This document shows positions 49,701 through 59,900 of a stretch of DNA of 64,000 nucleotides, piece after piece. The stretch's first letter is position 1; each line of letters begins with the position of its first letter. The DNA comes from Mobula birostris. Its lineage: Eukaryota. The notes under the pieces are model-generated. The model had not been told where the DNA came from, searched no databases, and saw only the letters and a program-made list of their open reading frames with translations. Both the position numbers and the translations under genes were made by a program. Location: positions 180,127,487 to 180,191,486 of the forward strand of contig NC_092374.1 in NCBI RefSeq assembly GCF_030028105.1. The letters run 5' to 3'.

Positions 49701-51446
49701 TGGTGTGCCTCAGGGATCTGTTCTGGGACCCTTACTCTTCGTGATTTTTATAAATGACCTGATGAGGAAGTAGAGGGATGGGTTGGTAAGTTTGCTGATG
49801 ACACAAAGGCTGGAAGTGTTGTGGATAGTGTGGAGGGCTGTCAAAGGTTACAGCGGGACATTGATAGGATGAAAAACTGGGCTGAGAAGTGGCAGATGGA
49901 GTTCAACCCAGATAAGTGTGAAGTGGTTCATTTTGGTAGGTCAAATTTGATGGCAGAATATGGTATGAATGGTAAGACTCTTGGCAGTGTGGAGGATCAG
50001 AGGGATCTTGGGGTCCGAGTCCATAGGACGTTTAAAGCAGCTGCGCAGGTTGACTCTGTGGTTAAGAAGGCATACGGTGTATTGGCTTTCATCAATCGTG
50101 GAATTGAATTTATGAGCCAAGAGGTAATGTTGCAGTTATATAGGACCCTGGTCAGACCCCACTTGGAGTACTGTGCTCAGTTCTGGTCGCCTCACCACAG
50201 GAAGGATGTGGAAGCCATAGAAAGGGTGCAGAGGAGATTTACAAGGATGTTGCCTGGATTGGGGAGCATGCCTTGTGAGAATAGTTTGAGTGAACTTGGC
50301 CTTTTCTCCTTGGAACGACAGAGGATGAGAAGTGACCTGATAGAGTTGTATAGGATGAGAGGTATTGATGGTGTGGATCGTAAGAGGCTTTTCCCCAGGG
50401 CTGATATGGTTGCCGCAAGAAGACACAGGTTTACTATGCTGGGGATTAGGTACAGAGGAGATGTCAGGGGTAAGTTTTTTTATGCAGAGAATGCTGAGTG
50501 CGTGGAATGGGCTGTCGGCAACGGTGGTGGAGGTGGATACGATAGGGTCTTTTAAGAAACTTTTGGATAGGTACATGGAGCTTAGAAAAATAGAGGGCTA
50601 TAGGTAAGCCTTGTAATTTCTAAGGTAGGGACATGGTCGGCACAACTTTGTGGGCCGAAGGGCCTGTGTTGTGCTGTAGGTTTTCTATATTACAATGTTT
50701 CTATACACAAATACACAAGCACGCTCACACACATACCCTCATCCTCAAGCCCCTCACCACCGACACCCTCCCCTCTCAACGTGAAGTGGAAGTAACAAGC
50801 TGCTGTAACTGATAGGGGTGGGAGGGCTGGTGTCCAATCAGAAGTAGGTTGTGTGTTACGTGTCTCGGAGTGTTGCGAGGATGAAGTTTTGAGTTGGAAT
50901 ATGTTAATTAGAATAAAAGAGCCAGTCAGGGCCCTCTGTCCGCTGATGTTAAAGTGAAAGTTGAGTTTATTTTCATCCGCACAAGTACGGGTGAGCTCAG
51001 TTGCAGTGACAAACTTAATTCCAGCAGCATCACGGGCAGATAGCATCCGAGACGCAAGCTTCACAAGAAAGACACATACATATATACATACATACACACA
51101 CACACACAGATTATGCAAAAAGAACATAATTAGAACAAGAAAACACATACAGACAGACATACACACACACACTGGTCCACTGACCTTCTCCACTCCCTCT
51201 CCCCATTTCTCTTCCCCACGCACGCTCCGGTTTCAAGCTCCATTTCGATGGTCAGCTCGTCTCCGTTCGGACCCCCTGTCATTCACCCTAGCATGACAAT
51301 CCTAACTCCCCCCCTCGCTGTCGGAGATAAACACTTTGCTCAGCCTCTGAAACCCTCCCACCCTGTCACCCACCTGCGGAGGCAGCGTCGCACAGGAAGG
51401 CCAACACTATCAGCCCCACCACTCTGCGAGAACTCGTCCGCTCCAT
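31576..51446 (-). CDS. MHC class I-like heavy chain gene 1 (nonclassical); leader, a1, a2, a3 and TM exons; cytoplasmic exons unresolved
   Basis: Exons 51374-51446, 48065-48319, 37763-38035, 37109-37372 and 31576-31719 all join in phase 1 with canonical splice sites and no stops; canonical a2 C101/C164 and a3 Ig-C1 cysteines are present. Confidence 0.9.
31769..32279. repeat. 30-bp minisatellite, ~17 units, consensus acagggtacactgccctgtactgtaatatt
   Basis: Direct 30-bp periodicity (one 31-bp unit); internally palindromic. Confidence 0.92.
32380..36970 (+). mobile_element. Near full-length decayed CR1 LINE (ORF1 with SGNH-esterase-like region, ORF2 APE-RT), with another LINE 3' end nested at about 34944-35460
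   Basis: [10 protein letters not shown]...CCLPGARV esterase remnant, [16 protein letters not shown] remnants, [15 protein letters not shown]-terminus; the nested segment ends in an (aaagtat) tail. Confidence 0.85.
37109..37372 (-). CDS. Class I gene 1 alpha3 (Ig-C1) exon (PPQVTF...[10 protein letters not shown]...[10 protein letters not shown]...WNY)
   Basis: ccctcag|AA CCT...TAC G|gtgagc; 264 nt. Confidence 0.93.
37763..38035 (-). CDS. Class I gene 1 alpha2 exon ([12 protein letters not shown]...[19 protein letters not shown])
   Basis: gacag|AA ATC...GTG G|gtgagt; 273 nt; HTLQ-x3-GC, YSWDG and CV-x-WL motifs. Confidence 0.93.
40581..41690. mobile_element. Non-autonomous hAT (Charlie/Buster-like) remnant
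   Basis: cagcccttctcaacc...gggaacccc terminus; minus-strand transposase N-terminus remnant CQFLKRR...[14 protein letters not shown]; other end eroded. Confidence 0.55.
44306..46850. mobile_element. Penelope-like retroelement cluster: pLTR(+) 44306-44770, element(-) 44862-46234, inverted pLTR(+) 46234-46850
   Basis: Minus-strand peptide [12 protein letters not shown]...[17 protein letters not shown]...[14 protein letters not shown], typical of PLE RT; mutually inverted pLTR copies. Confidence 0.85.
44675..44710 (+). ncRNA. Minimal type I hammerhead ribozyme motif in a Penelope pLTR; other copies at 44915-44950(-), 46729-46764(+) and 62322-62357(-)
   Basis: AGTC-CTGACGA-A-GGGTCTCAGCCC-GAAA-CGTC-GA(A/C)T: catalytic core, stem II, 1-bp palindromic stem III, stem I. 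Confidence 0.7.
48065..48319 (-). CDS. Class I gene 1 alpha1 exon ([32 protein letters not shown]...SLTNQLG)
   Basis: tttcag|AA TCT CAC...GGT G|gtgagt; 255 nt; SHSLR, P-x-FP, VD-x-VQF, YDS and WM motifs. Confidence 0.92.
48725..50690 (+). mobile_element. Relatively young 5'-truncated CR1 LINE (antisense in class I gene 1 intron 1)
   Basis: 304-aa ORF 48859-49773 and 244-aa ORF 49821-50555 are consecutive RT parts separated by one frameshift. Confidence 0.92.
51374..51446 (-). CDS. Class I gene 1 leader exon ([24 protein letters not shown])
   Basis: ATG at 51446, hydrophobic core, ASA cleavage motif, G|gtgggt phase-1 donor; joins to give ASA/ESHSL. Confidence 0.8.
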
Positions 51447-51560
51447 ATCTGGTACCCAGATTGTCAAGTGTAACTACTGAGGTTTGTATCCAATCAGAAA
51501 CGTCGCCAAGTGGCGTGTCACCAGTCTCCGGGTAAAAGAGTGCTGAAGAAGTTTCCCAGT
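51447..51560 (-). promoter_or_regulatory. Putative class I gene 1 proximal promoter (Y box, X-like, kappaB-like)
   Basis: CTGATTGG Y box (ccaatcag at 51490-51497), RFX-like half-site TTGGCGAC at about 51502-51511, GGGAAACTTC at 51548-51557, all just upstream of the leader ATG. Confidence 0.55.
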
Positions 51561-52299
51561 CAGAGGCTTGAACACCCGATGTGTTTCTTGCCAAATATTC
51601 ACGCGTATTTATGCACAAGCGCAATGTAAAACTTACTCGCAGCGATGACCTGTTCGGCTTGTCACCGAATAAACTTCCACATACATTACCTGTAGAAAGT
51701 GTACTGACTGGCTGCATCACGGTCTGGAACTGCGAACGCGCGGGTGCAAAGCAGCCGGAAAGAATACGCAGCCCTGTATATCACGGGCACGAAGCTAAAA
51801 TTGGATGCATCGGTATCGCAACTGAGTAAAGACATGAGGGAGACGTGAGAAAGGAGCTGGCCAAAGTTGTTTGGAAGCGGACACTGGCAGGGATGACGGT
51901 AGAGCAGCAATGGCTGGAGATTCCGGGAGTAACTCGGAAGATACCGTGTCAGTTCATCCTAAAGTAGTAGTATTTTAAAGGGCGGGTGACTTACCCGCGA
52001 CTGGCAAGGGGAAGCCAAAGACAGCACAAAACCAAAAGAGAGGGCATAAAATATAGCAAAAAATAATGGAAAGCTAGAGTATTCGGAAGCCATCTAAAAA
52101 GCAATTCCGTTATGAAAAAGCAACACACTATCTGCAGATTTTCTCGTGTTAAATTCTGAAAAAGGAAACGGAAGAGATTATGGAGCCATTAGCAGTGATA
52201 AAACATAGAATATATTGCATACAGTTCTGATTGCCCCACTACAAGAAGGATGTTGAGGCTTTGGAGAGGGTGCAGAAGATGTTTAGCTGGATGCTGCCT

Positions 52300-53250
52300 G
52301 GATTAGAGGGCATGTGCTTTCACCAGAGGCTGGGTATGCCCTATCTCTGTTCTCAAAGGATGAACCTCTATTCCCAGGCCGTATCTTCTGGTCTTACACT
52401 TCCACCGTAGGAAACATCCTCTCCACATCCACTCTCTCAAGGCCTCTCACCGTTTGATAGGCAGCAATGAGCTGACGACTCGTTCTTCTGAATTCTAGTG
52501 AATGCTAACCCTGAGCCATCAAACGCTCTTCATATGACAAGCTGTTCAATCCTGGAATCATTTTCATGAACCTGCTTTGATCCTCTCCAGCTTCAGCAAG
52601 TCCATTCTAAGATAAGAGCTCACAATACTCCAAGAGAGCCCTCACCAATGCCTTATAAAGTCGCAACATCACATTATATCCTTGCTGTTAAGATTCTAGT
52701 CCTGGGGTGTACCCCATCTGGTTCAGGTGATTAAATTGCTTTCAGACCTTTCAGTTTCCCAAGAACCTTCTCCCTAATAATGGCAACTTCACACACTTCT
52801 GACCCCTTACATCTAGAAATTCCACCACACTGCTGGTGTCATTCACAATGAAGACTGGTGCAAAATGTTCAGTCCATTCACCCCACATTTCCTTGTCCCC
52901 CATTACTACCTCACCAGCATCATTTTCCAATGGTCCGATATCCACTCTCACCTTTTACACTTTATATATCTGAGGAAACTTTTGTTATCCTCTTTAATCT
53001 TATTGGCTAGATTACTTTTGTATTCTATCTTTACCTTCTTAATTAACTACTTTTTTTTTTAAGTTGCCTGCTGTTGGTTTTTAGAAGCATCCCAATCCTA
53101 ACTTCCCACAGATTTTTCTCTATTGTAGCCCTCTGTTTAGACTTTATATTGATTTTTAGTTCTCTTGTTAGCTACGGTTATGTCATCTTGCCTTTAGAAT
53201 ACTTCTTCCTCTTTGGGATGTATGTATCCTGTGCCTTCGATCATCTTCCT
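52300..53250 (-). mobile_element. Decayed CR1 fragments
   Basis: MRVDIGPLENDAGEVVMGDKEM linker peptide and RT C-terminal remnants. Confidence 0.65.
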
Positions 53251-53489
53251 TCAGCCATGACTCAGTGATGGCTTCAACATCACACGTCAACCTATAACTG
53301 CGCTACAAGCACACATATCTACCTTATTCCATATACTGCACACATTCAAATATAACACCTTCAGTCCTGTATTCATCCTTTTCCATTTTGTCTGCCTTTT
53401 ACATTGCAACTCATCCCATTGTCTACAATTTTGCCCCATCATCAATCTCTCATTCCTAGGAGTCTCACTACATACTTAGATTCTGAGAA

Positions 53490-54110
53490 CACTCAGTCAT
53501 CTTTTATTGTCATTTAGAAATGCATACATGCATTAAGAAATGATACAATGTTTCTCTGGAGTGATGTCACAGAAAACAAGCTGGACCAAAGACTAACACT
53601 GACAGAACCACATTAATTATAACATATAGTTACAGCAGTGCAAAGCAATACCATAATTTGATAAAGAACAGACCATGGGCACAGTAAAAAAAAGCCTCAA
53701 AGTCCCGAGTCGATCGATTCCGGAATCCCCAATAGCAGGTGGCAAAAGGGAGAAACTCCCTGCCATAAACCTCCAGGCACCGTCAACTTGCCGATGCCTT
53801 GGAAGCAGCCGACCCCAGCCGACACTGAGTCCATCCGTGAGAAAACTTTGTGCTTCTGACCAGTCTCTCTGATATAGCCTCCCGAACGCCATCCTCTGCC
53901 AAGCGCCTTCGACCTCTCCCTGGCCGCTGAAACATGCAAAGCTGAGGATTTTGGGGCCTTCTGCTCCGGAGATTCCGGTTACCACACAGTAGCAGCGGCA
54001 GCGAAGCGGGCATTTCAGAAGTTTTCCAGATGTTCTCACGTCTGTCTCCATCAAATCAGAATTGTGCACAGTCTCCTATTTGACAGATAACAGATATTCA
54101 TCAACGAAGT
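53490..54110 (-). repeat. Interspersed LINE 3'-UTR-type repeat; related copy at about 41990-42360
   Basis: Shared ~150-nt block gattttggggccttc...ccatcaaatcagaattg. Confidence 0.6.
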
Positions 54111-54959
54111 GGCTATATTGCCTCTCTTGTAAACTCATCCTCAGCACCATCACTCCAGTTCCCATCCCCCTGCCAAATTATTTTAAACCCTGCTGAACAG
54201 CTCTAGCAAGGATATAAATCCAAACCTAAGCTAGTCAATATAGGACACCTGTGATTGCTACTTCCCATGGTTCCTTTTGACACAGAAAAGGCCATTCAGC
54301 CCATCAAACCTACACCAGCTGTTTTTAAAATTGTATAGCTACGTTTATACAAATGGATACAATATCGCAACAATACTCTTATTATACACATCTCAATATT
54401 TCATAAATACCACTATTTACAGTTACAATTATCACTGTCCGCAGCCCACCCTAGCCCTTGAGGGTCCTATCTTGAAAGGTGTATTGGTTTTAAATTGTAG
54501 ACAGTTCAGTGGACCAACACAACTACAGGAATACAAGACATACCAAAACGCATTTGGGTCATACATATTATCTGGCTCAGAGTGTTTACGAATGGCAGGA
54601 TAAGGTTCCAGTCGAAGGTGCAGAGGCAGGCATTAGGGGGAGGGATTGATTAACATTTTAAACTAATGACTCTCCTATTAGAATTGGGAAGGATTTGAAA
54701 ACAAAAGCTGTGGCAATGTGGAAGGGAGAGGGTGGAGACGGAGAGAGAGGGTGTTGAAGGTGGACAAATCCCATCTGGTTCTGCACAGCATGAAGGGAGG
54801 ATATACAGGTTTGGACTGGTCGTGTGAGTTGCGAATAAGCGACATGCATCTGGCATGTTATGTACAGTAACTGCAGTGTGTGGGAGCTGATGGTACCAGC
54901 ACAGATCCACAGAGACCCAATCCAGAATCAAGCAGTGTTGACTTGAAGTGATGAGCTGA

Positions 54960-55355
54960 AACATAGAAACATAGAAAATAGGTGCAGGAGTAGGTCATTC
55001 GGCCCTTCGAGCTTGCACCACCATTCAGTATGATCATGGCTGATCATCCAACTCAGAACCCTGTACCAGCCTTCCCTCCGTACCCCCGATTCCTTTAACC
55101 GCAAGGGCCATATCTAACTCCCTCTTAAATATAGCCAATGAACTGGCCTCAACTGTTTCCTGTGGCAGAGAATTCCACAGATTCACCACTCTCTGTGTGA
55201 AGAAGTTTTTCCTAATCTTGGTCCTAAAAGGCTTCCCCTTTATCCTCAAACTGTGACCCCTCGTTCTGGACTTCCCCAACATCGGGAACAATCTTCCTGC
55301 ATCTAGCCTGTCCAATCCCTTTAGGATTTTATACGTTTCAATAAGATCCCCCCAA
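54960..55355 (-). mobile_element. CR1 LINE 3' end
   Basis: [23 protein letters not shown]...NFFTQRVVNLWNSLP and (tttctatg) tail. Confidence 0.85.
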
Positions 55356-56969
55356 TAGGAAATGTCCCCATAGTCTCTCAGTCCTCTCCTCGGACAACTT
55401 CTCGTCCTCACTGACTGCCAGTGAGATCACTGCGGAAGAGAGATCAGTCACATCAGAGTTATGCAAACCGTTGGGCCCAGAGTCAACTGGACTTCCTGTG
55501 CACCACCCCATTCCCCACCCCTCCCTCAGACACTCCCTCTCCCCCCCATCATCTCTCGGCTTCCATCACTGGCACTCCCCGGAAAACACCATCAGCAACG
55601 TCTCCTCCCCCCCTACCCCCCAGCCCCAATCCCAGTGAAGCCCATCAGACCCAGGGAAAGGGAATCAAAAACCAGAGGGCAGAGTTTAAAGGTGAGAGAG
55701 GAAAGAGCAACTTCAGGACACAGAGGGTGATGGGAATTTGGTACGAGCTGCCAGAGGATACGATAACATTTGGTCCAATACATGGGATGTTAGTCAAATG
55801 GACACCGTGGTTGGCATTGATGAGACTGGCTGCTTCTGTACTCTGTTACTCTGCATATTTAATGCTTCGACTGTGAATGCTTGGAATGTACGTGTGCGTG
55901 TTTGTTGGTTGGTGTAGATGCAATGAGCCAAAGGACATGCTTCCTTGCTGTTAGGGTCTACACCAGTTGAGACCTAGGAGATGAGAACAAGATGTCACCA
56001 TCCTGAGCCAGCGGAATTTTCTTCCCGATAGGATTGGGTGTGTATCCATGACTGGGTTCAACAGATCGTTGGATATTAGAGGAATTAAGGGATTTGAAGA
56101 TATTTCATATAGATCAATACTTCCTTACACTACTGATGGAGACTATTTGGCCCATTTAGTGCTTACCAGCTGATGGAGTAATCTCATTGTCTCACTAACC
56201 CATTGGCCCCACATTCCAATTTTCTACCCCTCACCCACACTACGGAGGCAAAGGAGGGGCACACAGAGCTGATACAGTAACGAGCATCTGTAATGAGCCG
56301 GTTGGGAGCCGAGTGTCAATCAATACCATTCCTACCTGAAGTACTGCCGAGGGAACTTGCTGCAGATCCTGCATCATCTGTGGCTGCGAATGGAAGGGCA
56401 AGAGTTAGAATCCGTTCACTGTCAGGGACGGAGAGGGAGGGAGTCACTGACCGTGGACTGGGAAAGAATCAGGGAGAGGGGCTTGGAAATAGAGAGAGAA
56501 CCACAGTAGGTGCCCGATGGGTGGAAACCATTCCCCTGAATAATTCCTTTCTGTGTGTCCCTTGTGTGTCCCCAGGGGCGCTCAGCTCCCCATCCCCTCC
56601 GGGGGGGGGGGGTGCTGTGCTCCCCATCCCATAGGGGCTGTATTCCCCATCCTAACAACTTACTTGTGTACATATTTCCCCAGACCACACTTGATTCTTT
56701 GGCTGATCAGAAACATTCTCTGACCCCTGGTTCCTGACCACTCCTGCAGTGGGAACTGTCCCTCCCCACGTGCCCCACACAGTTCACCACTTTTAATCCA
56801 TGTCTCACCCTTCTCCCTCTGTTCCCTAACCAGCAACCTGGCTTCTCCATTCCATCCCCAGCAGCAACGTTCCCCATTCTAGAACCCCTGAGGTGAACTG
56901 CTCTGAAGCCCTTTGATCTTCCCCGAGTTGTGTGAACTCCCCCCCCCCACCGCAACTCTGGAACTTGTC

Positions 56970-56980
56970 TCATGGCTCCA
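56970..56980 (-). CDS. Class I gene 2 last coding exon (MEP*)
   Basis: Strong acceptor tctgtctctccctctctcag|TG GAG CCA TGA in phase 1. Confidence 0.5.
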
Positions 56981-59900
56981 CTGAGAGAGGGAGAGACAGA
57001 CACACAGACCCACGAGGAGTTTATCGTCACATAATCAAGGGGGAGGAGAGGAGCACTGATATTGAACTTACTCCGTGTGGCATTGTACTTCCTCTTCACT
57101 CCCACTGCGAAAACAAGGAGACCTGGTGAGTGCAGCTGATGGACTGGGATAGACAAAACTGACCCCCACAGACTCCACCCCTCCCTTTAGGATCCTCACA
57201 CTCTACCCCATCTCTCTCCATTTAGAACGCTCACACTCCCCCAAAGGATGCTCCCCCCATCTCTTCCAACTCCCCTTTAGAACCTTCACACTCCCCCAAC
57301 AGACCCTCCCCTCATCTCTCCCAACCCTCCCCCTCCCCCAACAGATCCTCCCCTCATCTCTCCCAACCCTCCCCCAACAGATCCTCCCCTCAGCTCTCCC
57401 AACCCTCCCCCTCCCCCAACAGATCCTCCCCTCATCTCTCCCAACCCTCCCCCTCCAACAGATCCTCCCCTCATCTCTCCCAACCCTCCCCCTCCCCCAA
57501 CAGATCCTCCCCTCAGCTCTCCCAACCCTCCCCCCTCCCCCAACAGATCCTCCCCTCATCTCTCCCAACCCTCCCCCTCCAACAGATCCTCCCCTCATCT
57601 CTCCCAACCCTCCCCCTCCCCCAACAGATCCTCCCCTCAGCTCTCCCAACCCTCCCCCTCCCCTCATCTCTCCCAACCCTCCCCCAACAGATTCTCCCCC
57701 ATCTCTCCCAACCCTCCCCCTCCCCCAACAGATCCTCCCCTCATCTCTCCCAACCCTCCCCCTCCCCCAACAGACCCTCCCCTCATCTCTCCCAACCTTT
57801 TAGAACCCTCACACTCCCAACAGATCCTCTCCTCACACTCCTCCCAACAGATCCTCCCGTCATCTCTCCCAACCCTCCCCCTCCCCCAACAGATCCTCTC
57901 ATCTCTCCCAACCCTCCTTTAGAACCCTCCCCCTCCCCCAACAGACCCTCCCCTCATCTCTCCCAACTCCCCTTTAGAACCCTCACACTCCCAACAGATC
58001 CTCCCCTCTCTCCCAACTCTCCCCCTCCCCCAACAGACCCTCCCCTCATCTCTCCCAACTCCCCTTTAGAACCCTCACACTCCCAACAGATCCTCCCCTC
58101 TCTCCCAACTCTCCCCCTCCCCCAACAGACCCTCCCCTCATCTCTCCCAACTCCCCTTTAGAACCCTCACACTCCCAACAGATCCTCCCCTCATCTCTCC
58201 CAACTCTCCCCCTCCCCCAACAGATCCTCCCCTCATCTCTCCCAACCCCCCTTTGGAACCCTCACACTACCCCAACAGATCCTCCCCCCATCTCTCCCAC
58301 CCCCCCATGCTCAGTTCTCCCCAGCCCTACCTCGCCACCTGTACACAGCACCAATGGTGATGGCCAGAACCATGAGGATGGCCAGGAGCCCGACTATTAA
58401 TAGGATCCGGGATTGAGCTTCCCGCTCTGGGGAGAGAATTGGAGAGGATGTAGGAAGTTCACAGTTACACAGGCCGCAATCACCAAGGGCACACCACACT
58501 GTATTTTTAATTGCACCGGCTACACCACCCTGTGTGGTAATTTGCCAAGAAGCACTGGCCACGACTGTAATAACACAGCACACCAGATCAGACTGTAATG
58601 ACCAAGGTCTGGCCACCTGTCAGACTACGGAATGCACCAATCTGCCCTGGAATAACCCACTGACCTGCACTGAAATAATTCAGGATACAGGTGTCCCCCG
58701 CTTTTTGAACGTTCACTTTATGAAACCTCACTGTTACGAAAGACCTACATTAGTACCCTGTTTTCGCTTTCAGAAGGTGTTTTCACTGTTATGAAGAACG
58801 GCAGCGCGCCACAAAAAAACAGCGCGCCATAAAAGGCAGCGCGCCCCGAGCAGCCGCTCTGCCCCGGATTCGGAACGGCATTGCTTAAACACGTTGCATT
58901 GAGCAGCCGTTAGCAAGATGAGTCCTAAGGTGTGGGAAAAGCCTGAAAGAGTAAGAGTGTTACACTTAGCGTAAAACTAGACATAATTAAGCATTTCGAT
59001 CGTGGTGAACAAAGCAAGGACAAAGTGAGTTTGGCTTGTGGAAGCTGACGAAGATGATGATGAAGAGGTTTTGGCATCCCATGACCAAGAACTGATAGAT
59101 GAAGAGCTGATGCAGTTGGAAGAGGAAAGGATAACAATCGAAACCAAATGCAGAAAGTGAAGCAGCTGCGTGAGATTTTCGCTGCAATGATAAAGTACGA
59201 CTTTAATTTTGAAAGGGTACGTAGCTTTAGGGGATATTTGCAGGATGGTTTGAGTGCTTACAAACAACTGTATGATAGAAAAATGCGCGAGGCTCAGCGG
59301 TCAAGCAAGCCTTCCACATCAGCCACAGCAGACGACAAACTTCGACCTTCGACATCGAGGCGGGCAGTCATAGGAGAAGATGAGTTGCCTGCCCTGATCG
59401 ACGATGAGATGACACCCCCGTGTCCCACCACCCCGACAGCCGGGCCCCGGACAGATACTGTACCGATTCGCGAAGAACGCAGTGGTAGCTGGGAGGCACA
59501 CAGCACATCTTTAAGAAAAATGCCCAAATAAACATGCTAAATAATTAGGTGCCGCCTGGCACGTAATTGTCGACCCAGATCAGAGGCGATGCAATTGGCA
59601 ATCTGCGCCGACATTTACGTGCCGGGCAGCACCTAATTAATTAGCATGTTTATTTTGGCTTTTTTCTTAACGATGTGCTGTTTGCCTCCCAGCTACCGCT
59701 GTGTTCTTCGCGGCAATGTATCGGGTCGGCGGCCCGGAGGGTGGGGGCCACTGCACCACCCAGCCTGCGATGACTCAGCCTAACACACCATCATCAGTGT
59801 GCTCAGCGCTGTTTTCCCAATTCCGGTAAGTGATACTCACTGTACATACATTACTTCTACTTTATATAGGCTGTGTATTTTTATGTGTTATTTGGTAGAT

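Noticed and set aside
48859-50555. Longest ORFs in the window (304 and 244 aa) as a host gene or active element
   Set aside because: CR1 reverse transcriptase, 5'-truncated, lacking the endonuclease and frameshifted near 49770.
57203-57728. Gly/Arg-rich ORFs (GGGGLGEMRGGSV repeats)
   Set aside because: Translation artefact of the intronic minisatellite; lies between two identified exons.
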